From Candidatus Limnocylindria bacterium (GTDB lineage: Bacteria > Chloroflexota > Limnocylindria > P2-11E): 64,000 bases of DNA. Every line of letters begins with the position of its first letter. The stretch's first letter is position 1. Location of the stretch: the NCBI GenBank assembly GCA_035935465.1, contig DASYXA010000089.1, positions 9,692 to 73,691 on the forward strand, given 5' to 3'. The notes under the pieces are model-generated. The model was not told the origin of the DNA and did no database searches. It was given only the letters and a program-made list of their open reading frames with translations. A program made the position numbers and the translations under genes. Of this stretch, positions 49,580-58,002 are shown piece by piece.

Positions 49580-50308
49580 CTGTCAGCCATCGGCACCGCG
49601 CTGTTCATCTACGCCCATCCCGACGACGAATCGTTCGTGTCCGGCACGCCCATGACGCTTGCCGCCGCGGGACACCGGATCGCGCTGCTCACGCTCACCC
49701 GTGGCGACGCGGGCCTCTGGCTCGGCAAGACGTTCGGTTCGTGGTCGAAGCCGGAGCTCGGGGCGGAGCGCGCGAACGAGTGGGCCGCGGCCGTGGCCGT
49801 CATCGGCTACCACTGGTCGACGCTCCTGCGGTATCCGGACGGCGGCCTCAAGGACGCGCCGGCCGAGGTCATCACCGCCGACGTCGTCGAGGCGATCCGC
49901 GCGGTCCGCCCCGACGTGGTCTGCACCTTCGGCCCCGAGGGCGCGGGCAGCGAGCACGACGACCATCGGTCCACGTCGTACTTCGCCGCGCGCGCCTTCG
50001 CGCGCGCGGCGCTCGCCGACCAGTACCCCGAGCGCGGCGAGCCGCATCTCGCCCGGCGGCTCTACTTCAGCGCGACCCCATACACGGCCGGCGCACCTGC
50101 CGCGTTCGGCGCGACGACGCCGACCCATGTCATCGACATTTCGGCATTCGAGAAGCGGAAGGCCGACGCATTCGAGTGCCATAAGACGCAGCACAAGGAC
50201 CGCGCCTTCTTCTACGACCTCCTGAAGCGCCGCGCAGGCAAGGAGTATTTCCATCTCGCGATCGACCGCACCGGGGCGCCGACGGGCTCCGACGACCTGC
50301 TGGCCTAG
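49580..50308 (+). CDS. PIG-L / LmbE-family N-acetylglucosaminyl deacetylase
   Basis: The zinc motif AHPDDES lies upstream of the first canonical start (GTG 49637), and no ATG/GTG/TTG precedes it in frame. CTG at 49580-49582 sits 1 nt after a TAA and gives (M)SAIGTALFIYAHPDDE. Confidence 0.65.
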   Translation: MSAIGTALFIYAHPDDESFVSGTPMTLAAAGHRIALLTLTRGDAGLWLGKTFGSWSKPELGAERANEWAAAVAVIGYHWSTLLRYPDGGLKDAPAEVITADVVEAIRAVRPDVVCTFGPEGAGSEHDDHRSTSYFAARAFARAALADQYPERGEPHLARRLYFSATPYTAGAPAAFGATTPTHVIDISAFEKRKADAFECHKTQHKDRAFFYDLLKRRAGKEYFHLAIDRTGAPTGSDDLLA

Positions 50309-51118
50309 ATGGCCCTCGCGACGCTCCCACTCGTGCTCTGCGTGCTCATGGTCGAGCTCGCGATCGGCGGCGCGTTCCTGATGTGGTACATCGACCGCAC
50401 CGAGACGGCGCCCAGCGGATTCCTGAAGCTCACCGCGTTCGTCGACGCCGGCGCCATCGCGTTCGCCGGCGTGCTCCTACCCGCGCTGCCGCGCGGCGAC
50501 CTCGTCGCCCGCGCCGGCCTGGATGGGACCGCCCTCGCCGCGTTCGCGCAGGTCTTGATCGTCGTGATCGTGCTCGTCGTCGCGCAGCTCGCCGCAGCGT
50601 TCACGCCGTGGAAGGCCGCGCGCGAGGCGGTCGGCATCATCACGATCCTGGCCGGCATGTTCGACCTCGTGCTCGCGGCGGTCGCGCGGCCGTCCGGCTC
50701 CCCGTTCGACGTGTTCGCCCTGCTCGCGCTCCCGCTCGGCGCGCTCGCCCTCGGCGGCGCGGACGCGGCGATGCTCCTCGGCCATTGGTACCTCGTGACG
50801 CCGAAGCTGTCAGCGGGACCGCTCCAGCGCGCGGCGCTCGTGCTCGTCGGCGCGGTCGTCCTCCAGATCGTGCTCGTCGCGATCTCCGTCGCTCGCGGTG
50901 AGCTCACGCTGAACATGGAGCTTGCGTTCGTCGTGGCCGCGGGACTGCGCGTCGGAGTGGGTCTCTTCATGACGCTCGCGGTCGCGCTCGCGGCATGGTG
51001 GACCGCGCGCCTGAACACGCAGGCTTCGACGGGCCTCCTGTTCGTGGGCCTGGGCTGCGTGCTCGCGGGCGAGGTGAGCGCGCGGGTGCTGTTCTTCCTG
51101 ACCGGGGCCGCCGTCTGA
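50309..51118 (+). CDS. Hypothetical multi-TM membrane protein
   Basis: 269-aa product, 7-8 TM helices. ATG immediately after the LmbE TAG. Confidence 0.55.
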   Translation: MALATLPLVLCVLMVELAIGGAFLMWYIDRTETAPSGFLKLTAFVDAGAIAFAGVLLPALPRGDLVARAGLDGTALAAFAQVLIVVIVLVVAQLAAAFTPWKAAREAVGIITILAGMFDLVLAAVARPSGSPFDVFALLALPLGALALGGADAAMLLGHWYLVTPKLSAGPLQRAALVLVGAVVLQIVLVAISVARGELTLNMELAFVVAAGLRVGVGLFMTLAVALAAWWTARLNTQASTGLLFVGLGCVLAGEVSARVLFFLTGAAV

Positions 51119-51189
51119 TCGGGCCCGCCCCGGATCCGGCTACGGCTCGGCGGACCCCGCGGCTCGGCCGCTCACGCGCCCGCTCTCGG

Positions 51190-51690
51190 CTAGGAGGCGC
51201 GCCTGCGCTTCTGGTGGCGACGCGGCTCGTACTCCTCGTCATCGAGGACCGCCCACTCGCGGCTCGCGTACAGCGTCGCGGCGACGAACCCGTCGACCGC
51301 GAGCACGACCAGACCGGCGAGCGCGGCCACCACGGCGCCCGGTGACGCGCCAGCGGCGCCGAGGTCGGTGACCCGGAGCGCGGCCGACGCTACGTAGAGC
51401 AGGAACACGACGAACGCGGCGAGCACGTCGAGCCGCGCGAGCGCGCGGTCCACCTCGGCGGCGTCGCCGGCTTCGACCAATGCGGTGAACGTGGCGAGGA
51501 TCGCCACGACCGCGGTCGCGACCGTGAGCCAGGCGTTCGCGATGACGAAGCCATTCGTGTCACGCGCACCCCAGCCGAACCAGGCCATGAGGTCGAGGAG
51601 GGTGACCGCGATCGCGAGGCCGAGGGCGATCTGCCCGAGCTGCGGACGGGGAGCGAAGCCGAATCGACGGCCTTCGAGAAGCTCTCTCAT
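51190..51690 (-). CDS. Hypothetical membrane protein
   Basis: 166-aa product, 4 TM helices. Confidence 0.5.
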   Translation of the reverse strand: MRELLEGRRFGFAPRPQLGQIALGLAIAVTLLDLMAWFGWGARDTNGFVIANAWLTVATAVVAILATFTALVEAGDAAEVDRALARLDVLAAFVVFLLYVASAALRVTDLGAAGASPGAVVAALAGLVVLAVDGFVAATLYASREWAVLDDEEYEPRRHQKRRRAS

Positions 51691-51798
51691 TCGGGTCGAT
51701 GGTAGCGGGGATGCGCCTCAGGCGAACGACCGTCCGCCGGTGCCGGACGTCAACAGCCGGGCTCGCCGGGTCGCCCGCAGCAATCGTGCGGCGGGGTC

Positions 51799-52323
51799 GT
51801 GACGCGCCGGAGGATGTTGCCGGCCGCGAGCGCGACCCGGCGGCGGAACGGCAGGTCGCTCGTCCAGAAGAGCCGCCACGCGGTGCCGGGGTCGCCGTGC
51901 TGGTGGGACATCGCGGAGAATTGTCGGGTGACCGACGAGCTCTCGCCCGAGCACATCGCCGCCGGGCTTCCTGGGACCGCGGACCTCATGGTCCTCGTCG
52001 GCAATGCCTGGTGGCGCTGCGCGTACGCCGCACGCGGCGGCAACTGGCCGCTCGCGGCGTTCTACGCGCGCCGCGTGCGATCGCTGCAGCGGCGACTCGG
52101 CGTCGTCCGGCCGAAACACGCGGACCGCCTGGCGACGTTCGAGGCCGCGATGCTCGGTCCGGTGTTCAGCGCGATCGAGCGTCAGGACCGCGACGCGTTC
52201 GACCGCGCGTTCGCCGCGGCGACCGACGACGCGAACCGGCAGCACGTCGCGACCGGCTACGGCTACATCCGCTGGAAGCTGCCGGACGAGGCACCGCAGG
52301 ACGTGGACCTCGGTCCCGGCTAG
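51799..52323 (+). CDS. Hypothetical protein
   Basis: Protein-like composition in the C-terminal 120 aa (WPLAAFYARRVRSLQRRLGVVRPKHADRLATFEAAMLGPVFSAIERQDRDAFDRAF). Start uncertain. Confidence 0.4.
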   Translation: MTRRRMLPAASATRRRNGRSLVQKSRHAVPGSPCWWDIAENCRVTDELSPEHIAAGLPGTADLMVLVGNAWWRCAYAARGGNWPLAAFYARRVRSLQRRLGVVRPKHADRLATFEAAMLGPVFSAIERQDRDAFDRAFAAATDDANRQHVATGYGYIRWKLPDEAPQDVDLGPG

Positions 52324-52862
52324 TCCGTCAACAGCGGCGCGGCGTCGCGCCAGCCGTACGCGACCTCGTGCAGCACATACCCGTCGAACGGCTCGCGCTT
52401 CTCCCCGATCACGGCCCCGCCGCGTGACTCGTAGAAGCCGCGCGAACGCGGGTTGTCGAAGAGCGTCCAGATGACGATCGGGACGAGGCCGCGTTCGACC
52501 AGCCCGCCGGCCGCGGCCCGCAACAGGCGACGCCCGATCCCCCGCCGCTGCCTCGACGGGTGGACGTAGATCGCGTAGACCTCACCGAGGTATCCGGGCG
52601 GCGCGCCGTCGCGGGCCCGGCCGCCGCCGGCGAAGCCGACGATCCGGCCATCGAGCTCCGCGACGTGCACGACCCGGGTCGGATCCAGCAGGTCGAATCC
52701 GCGTCGCCATCCGGCCTCCCAGCGGTCGTCGCGCAGCCCGTCGAGCAGCGCATCGGGGACGAGGCCGCGGTACGACGTGCGCCAGGTGTCGGCATGCATC
52801 CGGGACGCCTCGGTCGCGTCGTCGACGACTCCGCGCCTGATGAGCAGGTCAGCGGTGGGCAT
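52320..52862 (-). CDS. GNAT-family N-acetyltransferase
   Basis: RQRRGIGRRLLRAAAG is the acetyl-CoA motif. ATG verified at 52860-52862. Confidence 0.7.
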   Translation of the reverse strand: MPTADLLIRRGVVDDATEASRMHADTWRTSYRGLVPDALLDGLRDDRWEAGWRRGFDLLDPTRVVHVAELDGRIVGFAGGGRARDGAPPGYLGEVYAIYVHPSRQRRGIGRRLLRAAAGGLVERGLVPIVIWTLFDNPRSRGFYESRGGAVIGEKREPFDGYVLHEVAYGWRDAAPLLTD

Positions 52863-54843
52863 CGAACCAGTCGGCGATGCGCCGCGCGTGATCGATCCGG
52901 TTCTTCGGCTTGCCGCCACGCGTGAGCTCGTGCGTGTCGTCCTGGTAGCGCACGAGTGTCGCCTCCTTGCCGAGCACCTTCAGGGCCACGAAGAGCTGCT
53001 CGGCCTGCTCGATCGGGCAGCGGAAGTCCTTCTCCGCGTGCAGGATCAGGAGCGGGGTCCGCACCTCCTGGACGTAGGTGAGCGGCGACCGCGCAACGAG
53101 CTTCTGCTCGTCGCGCCAGGGCGTCGCGTCGCCCATCTCGTACTGCCAGAAGTGCCACCCGATGTCGCTCGTGCCGAACGCGCTGATGTTGTTGCTGATG
53201 CTCCGCTGCGTGACCGCGGCCCTGAACCGGTCGGTGTGTCCGACGATCCAGTTCGTCATGAAGCCGCCATAGCTGCCGCCGGTCACGTACAGCCGCTGCG
53301 GATCGACCCAGCCGAGCCCGAGCACGTGATCGACGCCGGCCATGAGGTCCAGGTAGTCCTTGCCGCCCCAGTCGCCGACGCACGCGCGCACGAACGTGTC
53401 CCCGTACGCGTGGCTGCCGCGCGGGTTCGTGTACAGGACCGCGTAGCCGCGCCCGGCGAGGACCTGGAACTCGTGGAAGAAGGAGTGGCCGTACGCGCCA
53501 TGCGGCCCGCCGTGGATCTCGAGCACGAGCGGCCAGCGCTTCGCCGGATCGAAGCCCGGCGGCTTCAGCAGCCAGCCTTCGACGGCCCAGCCGTCGGCGC
53601 CGGCGAATCGCACCTGCTCCGGCGCGGCGATGTACCGCGCGCCGAGCAGCTCCGCGTTGAGGCTCGTGATCGTGCGCATCCCGCCACCCGGCTGGCCGGT
53701 GACCACCTCACCCGGCGACGTGGGGGTCGCGATCACGCCGGCGAAGCAGTGCGCCTCGCGGTCGAGCGTCGCCGTGACGAGCTGGTGCGCGCCGAGCGTT
53801 TCCGCACGCACGTCCCCGCCGCGGGCGCTGACCGAGTAGAGGTTCGCGGTGCCCCGATCGGAGCCGATGAACAGGACGCGACCGTCCTTCGTCCACACCG
53901 GCGCGAGCGGGGCGGTCTCGCCGCGGACGTCGCTCATCACGCGCGAGCCGGTCGTGCGATCCCAGCCGCCGAGCAGGTCGGTCCCCGCGCCGCCGCCGCT
54001 GCTGAACCGCCAGACGCGCGTGTTGCGCGCACCGGCGCCGATCGCGTCCGCGGTCCCGAGACAGGTGATGGCCGCCCCATCGGGAGACCACGATGCGTTC
54101 GCGTATTGCCCGCGTTCGGTCGTGATCCGCGTAGCGCTCCCGCCCGCGACCGGGGTCACCCAGATGTCGCTCACCGTGTTGCGGTCGCGGTCGGCCGAGC
54201 GATTCGACGTGAACGCGAGCATCGTGCCGTCGGGCGATACGGACGGCTGGGTGTCGTCCCAGTCGCCGTCGGTCAGCTTTCGCGGCGCGCTGTCGAGCGG
54301 CACGAGCCAGAGGTGCTTGCGGCGGAGGTCGAGGAGCCCGCCCTCGTCGGACTTGTAGCGGAGGCGGTCGTAGACCTTCGGCGCGTCGTCGGGCTGCGCG
54401 GTGGCCGCGTCCTTCAGCGTCACGATGAGGCCCGATCCGCTCGGCAGCCAGGTCAGGTCGCCGCAGTCGTCGGGGAAACGCGCGATCTGACGTGGCTCAG
54501 CGCCCGGCGCGTCGATCAGGAACAGGCTCTTGGGAGCGCGTTTCTTCCCTTCCGGCACCTCGCCGCGATCGCTCACGAACGCGATCCGCGTGCCGTCCGG
54601 AGACCATCGCGGCGTCGCATCCTCGGCCAGGTCGTCGGTCCAGCGCGCGCTGCCGGAGCCGTCGACCGCGCTGACGAAGATGGCGGCGCGGTAGCGGTCG
54701 GCGTCGAGGTCCATCCGGCGCACCGCGTACGCGACGCGGTCGCCGGCGGGCGAGATGGCCGCCTCGTTCACGAAGGCGAACGCGGCGAGGTCCTCGGCGG
54801 TGAGTGGAGCCGTTGCGGAGGACACGGCGGCGTATCGTCCCAT
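52849..54843 (-). CDS. S9-family serine peptidase (acylaminoacyl-peptidase-like) with a TolB-like beta-propeller
   Basis: MGRYAAVSSATAPLTAEDLAAF... then GGSYGGFMTNW and HAEKDFRCP...HEL. ATG verified at 54841-54843. The 144-aa S/T/P/R-rich N-extension in the ORF track was rejected. Confidence 0.8.
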   Translation of the reverse strand: MGRYAAVSSATAPLTAEDLAAFAFVNEAAISPAGDRVAYAVRRMDLDADRYRAAIFVSAVDGSGSARWTDDLAEDATPRWSPDGTRIAFVSDRGEVPEGKKRAPKSLFLIDAPGAEPRQIARFPDDCGDLTWLPSGSGLIVTLKDAATAQPDDAPKVYDRLRYKSDEGGLLDLRRKHLWLVPLDSAPRKLTDGDWDDTQPSVSPDGTMLAFTSNRSADRDRNTVSDIWVTPVAGGSATRITTERGQYANASWSPDGAAITCLGTADAIGAGARNTRVWRFSSGGGAGTDLLGGWDRTTGSRVMSDVRGETAPLAPVWTKDGRVLFIGSDRGTANLYSVSARGGDVRAETLGAHQLVTATLDREAHCFAGVIATPTSPGEVVTGQPGGGMRTITSLNAELLGARYIAAPEQVRFAGADGWAVEGWLLKPPGFDPAKRWPLVLEIHGGPHGAYGHSFFHEFQVLAGRGYAVLYTNPRGSHAYGDTFVRACVGDWGGKDYLDLMAGVDHVLGLGWVDPQRLYVTGGSYGGFMTNWIVGHTDRFRAAVTQRSISNNISAFGTSDIGWHFWQYEMGDATPWRDEQKLVARSPLTYVQEVRTPLLILHAEKDFRCPIEQAEQLFVALKVLGKEATLVRYQDDTHELTRGGKPKNRIDHARRIADWFDAHR

Positions 54844-54868
54844 ACATGGAGACGGTGCGCTCCCACTG

Positions 54869-56422
54869 ATGCCGCGGCTCGATCCCCGTGCGCGCACCGG
54901 ATCGCTGGTCGGCGGTCTCGCGATGTTCTTCGCGCTCGACCTCGCGTTCCTCGTGAGCCTCGGTGGATTCGCGTTCGCTCCCGATGCGCTCGGCCAGGCG
55001 CTCATCGAGATCATGCCCGGCTTCATCGTCGTGCCGCTCATCGGCCTGCTGCAGTTCTGGGCGAAGCGGCTCCTGGTCGGTGGCGTGCTCGTCGGCTTCC
55101 TCGCCTGCGGCGCGCTGGCCGGCGTCTTCGCCGTCGATCCACGGCGGCGGGACCGCACGGTCCTGATCGTCGGCGCGCTTCCGTGGGCCGGCTCGGTCGT
55201 CCTCGGCCAGGTGTTCGCGCCCGGCGTCGTCGATCTCTCGTCGGTCCTGCTCACGAGCGCCGTCGGCGCGCTCACCTACTTCGCCGCGCTGCAGCTGCTC
55301 GCCGGGGTCGCCACCTATCAGCCGGTGCGGTCCACGGCCGAACGGTCGCCGTCGCGGCGTCGCGTGCTCTTTGGCGCCGCGGCGGCCTCCGCGCTCATCG
55401 CGGTCGGCAGCCTCGGCGGCGGAGCCGCGGTGCGGGCGCTCGCGAAGCGCGCCGAGGGCATCCCGTTCGTCGCGCGGCGGCTGCGCACGAAAGCCGCGCC
55501 GCCGCCCGCGCTCCAGACCTTCGAGACGCTGCCGGGGCTCACCCCGCGCATCACCGACAACGCCGACCACTACACGGTCGACACGACGCTCATCAAGCCG
55601 TCGGTCGACGCCACGACGTGGACGCTCGACATCGGCGGCTCCGTCGAGAGCCCGTTCTCGCTCACGTACGACGACCTCCTCGACCTCGAGGCCGTCGAGC
55701 AGCTGAAGACGCTCGAGTGCATCAGCAACGAGGTCGGCGGCGAGCTCATCTCCACCGCGCTCTGGACCGGCGTCCCATTGCGCGACCTGCTCGCGCGCGC
55801 GAAGCCGGCTGCCGAGACGTACGACGTGAAGCTCACCTCGGTCGACGGCTACACGGATTCGATCCGCATCGAGAAGGCGATGGAGCCGGACACGATCGTC
55901 GCGTACCTGATGAACGGCGTGACGCTCCCGCAGGACCACGGCTACCCGGTGCGGCTCCTCGTGCCGAACATCTACGGCATGAAGAACGTGAAGTGGCTGC
56001 GGTCGGTCGAGTGCGTCACCTTCGACTACCTCGGCTACTGGATGCAGCGCGGCTGGTCGGACACCGCGATCGTGAACACGAACACGCGGATCGACACCCC
56101 GGACCGCTCGGCGAGGTGGGACGGCAGTACGACCATCCCGATCGCCGGCATCGCATTCGCCGGCGCGCGGGGGATCCAGACGGTGGAGGTCTCCGCCGAC
56201 GGTGGCCACACGTTCGTCGCCGCCGAGCTCGAGCCCGCGCTCGGTCCGCTCACCTGGGTCCGCTGGAAGCTCGACTGGACGCCGCCCGGCACCGGGAGGT
56301 TCACGATCGTCGCGCGCTCGACCGACAAGACCGGCGAGCGGGAGACGGAGATCCGGCGCGAGCCGTTCCCCGATGGGGCGACCGGCTGGGACACCGTCGA
56401 CGTCATCGTCGTCCGCGGTTGA
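54869..56422 (+). CDS. Sulfite-oxidase-family molybdopterin oxidoreductase fused to an N-terminal polytopic membrane domain
   Basis: About 5 TM helices, then SRRRVLFGAAAASALIAVGSLG, then the Moco domain (ECISNEVGGELISTALWTGVPL, YGMKNVKWL) and a C-terminal dimerisation/Ig-like domain. ATG at 54869. Confidence 0.75.
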   Translation: MPRLDPRARTGSLVGGLAMFFALDLAFLVSLGGFAFAPDALGQALIEIMPGFIVVPLIGLLQFWAKRLLVGGVLVGFLACGALAGVFAVDPRRRDRTVLIVGALPWAGSVVLGQVFAPGVVDLSSVLLTSAVGALTYFAALQLLAGVATYQPVRSTAERSPSRRRVLFGAAAASALIAVGSLGGGAAVRALAKRAEGIPFVARRLRTKAAPPPALQTFETLPGLTPRITDNADHYTVDTTLIKPSVDATTWTLDIGGSVESPFSLTYDDLLDLEAVEQLKTLECISNEVGGELISTALWTGVPLRDLLARAKPAAETYDVKLTSVDGYTDSIRIEKAMEPDTIVAYLMNGVTLPQDHGYPVRLLVPNIYGMKNVKWLRSVECVTFDYLGYWMQRGWSDTAIVNTNTRIDTPDRSARWDGSTTIPIAGIAFAGARGIQTVEVSADGGHTFVAAELEPALGPLTWVRWKLDWTPPGTGRFTIVARSTDKTGERETEIRREPFPDGATGWDTVDVIVVRG

Positions 56423-56450
56423 ACGCGAGAGAGCGCTAGGCTCCCGTCCC

Positions 56451-56870
56451 GTGGCGAAGCGCCGCTTCTCGATCACCGTGGCGCTGCCCGCGTACGCGCG
56501 GCCGCGCAACGAATGGCGCCGCCGCGTGCACGGCGCGGTGCTCGACGTGCAGACCCGCCGCGGAGTGGGCTATCGCGAGAGCGATCGGCTCGAAGTGCGG
56601 ATCTCGCTACCGCTGGGGGACCGACCGCTCGACATCCATGAGATCGACGAGCGGGTCAAGGACGTGATCGACGCGCTCGAGGGCCGCATCGCGGGACCGC
56701 GGAGCCGCCGGCGCATCGCGCCGATCGTGCCGTCCGCGGATCAGATCCGGCGCATCGTGCTCGAGCGGGTCCCGCCGGGAGCGTCGAAAGAGCCGCGCCG
56801 GATCAGGCGGCGCGCGCTCGGCGAGCTTGCGATCTCCCGCTTCCACGCGCGCCGCCGGGGTCCCGGCTAG
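56451..56870 (+). CDS. Hypothetical small protein (possibly RusA-like)
   Basis: VAKRRFSITVALPAYARPRNEWRRRVHGAV...DIHEIDERVKDVIDAL. GTG at 56451. The upstream part of ORF 56202..56870 is junk. Confidence 0.35.
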   Translation: MAKRRFSITVALPAYARPRNEWRRRVHGAVLDVQTRRGVGYRESDRLEVRISLPLGDRPLDIHEIDERVKDVIDALEGRIAGPRSRRRIAPIVPSADQIRRIVLERVPPGASKEPRRIRRRALGELAISRFHARRRGPG

Positions 56871-57415
56871 GCGGCGACCGGCTGGGTCTTCGCGACCGGA
56901 GTTGCCGCGATGTTCGCCTCGATCGTGATCTTCTCGCCGACGAGGACGCCGCTCGGGATCGGCATGTTCCAGACCAGACCCCACTGGGTGCGGTCGAAGC
57001 TGAACTTCGCGTCGAATCCGGCCCGCTGACCGGCCCGCGGGTCGGCCGCGATGCCGACCAGCTCCACGTTCACCGCCACCGGCTTCGTGGTGCCGCGGAT
57101 CGTGAGGTCGCCGTCGACGACGAACTCGCTCTTGCTCGAACCCTGCGGCGTGATCTTCGTGCTCTTGAAGATGATGTCGGGGTGGCTCGCGGCGTCGAGG
57201 AAGTCGGCGGACCGGAGGTGCCCGTCACGCTTCTCGTCGCCGGTGTTCACGGACGCTGCCGGGATGCGCAGCTCGACGGCCCCGCTCTCCGGCATGGCCG
57301 GGTCGAAGTCGATGACCCCGCTTGCCCCGCTGAATGCGCCGCGCACGGTCGTGAGCATCATGTGCTTGACCGCCGCCGTGACGCTGGAATGGCTCGAGTC
57401 GATCTGCCACTGCAT
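56867..57415 (-). CDS. YceI-family periplasmic/lipid-binding protein
   Basis: MQWQIDSSHSSVTAAVKHMMLTTVRGAF is the YceI signature. Confidence 0.8.
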   Translation of the reverse strand: MQWQIDSSHSSVTAAVKHMMLTTVRGAFSGASGVIDFDPAMPESGAVELRIPAASVNTGDEKRDGHLRSADFLDAASHPDIIFKSTKITPQGSSKSEFVVDGDLTIRGTTKPVAVNVELVGIAADPRAGQRAGFDAKFSFDRTQWGLVWNMPIPSGVLVGEKITIEANIAATPVAKTQPVAA

Positions 57416-57485
57416 GGGTGTTGTGTCCTCCCCGGGTCGACCGGTGCGGAAGTGCTGTGCCCGGTCCTGCCGGACTGCTATCCTT

Positions 57486-57504
57486 CTTGTTGTACAGGAA
57501 CAAG
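57486..57504. promoter_or_regulatory. Perfect inverted repeat CTTGTT-N7-AACAAG in the yceI / marR divergent region (candidate MarR operator)
   Basis: cttgtt gtacagg aacaag sits in the most AT-rich stretch of the intergenic region. Confidence 0.4.
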
Positions 57505-57554
57505 TTGCGCAGGAAACCTATTCCGCGAAGCCGCGGCGGGCCTCCGGACCGGAG

Positions 57555-57992
57555 CTGAGCGCGTGGCGCGCCTTCCTGCGCGCCGGCACGGCCTCGGCCC
57601 TCGCACTCGAGTCCGCCCTCGCGGAGACCCGGGTGTCCCACTCCGAGTACGACGTGCTCCTCAACGTGGCCACCGGGCCGAAGGATGGGCTGCGGCCTAC
57701 CGACCTCGCCGAGCGCGTGCTCATCACGAAGAGCGGCCTGACTCGCCTGCTCGACCGGCTGGTCGAGCGCGGATACATCGAGCGCCGCACGTGCGCGAGC
57801 GACCGCCGCGGGCAGCTCGTCGTGTTGACCGCGGACGGACGGCGCGCATTCCGGCGAGCGGCGCCCAACGTCGTGCGGGCGATCGGCGCGCTCTTCGGCG
57901 ACGGCTTCACCGAGCGCGATCTCGCCGCGCTCCGTGTGGCGTGCGAGCGGATCGCGACGACCGCGGAGGCGATGACCACCCCACCTCAGTAG
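57555..57992 (+). CDS. MarR-family transcriptional regulator
   Basis: LSAWRAFLRAGTASALALESALAETRVSHSEYDVLLNV...TKSGLTRLLDRLVERGYIERR. The only in-frame canonical starts (ATG 57414, GTG 57423) overlap the yceI start codon and would place the palindrome inside the CDS. CTG at 57555 is the alternative. Confidence 0.6.
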   Translation: MSAWRAFLRAGTASALALESALAETRVSHSEYDVLLNVATGPKDGLRPTDLAERVLITKSGLTRLLDRLVERGYIERRTCASDRRGQLVVLTADGRRAFRRAAPNVVRAIGALFGDGFTERDLAALRVACERIATTAEAMTTPPQ

Positions 57993-58002
57993 GCTCGGTC
58001 GC

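Noticed and set aside
51119-51189. Possible bidirectional terminator between convergent membrane-protein genes
   Set aside because: GC-rich with imperfect inverted repeats and no U-tract. Not convincing.
54843-55275. 144-aa N-terminal extension of the second S9 peptidase
   Set aside because: S/T/P/R-rich with no signal-peptide character. The internal ATG at 54841-54843 gives a standard TolB-like N-terminus.
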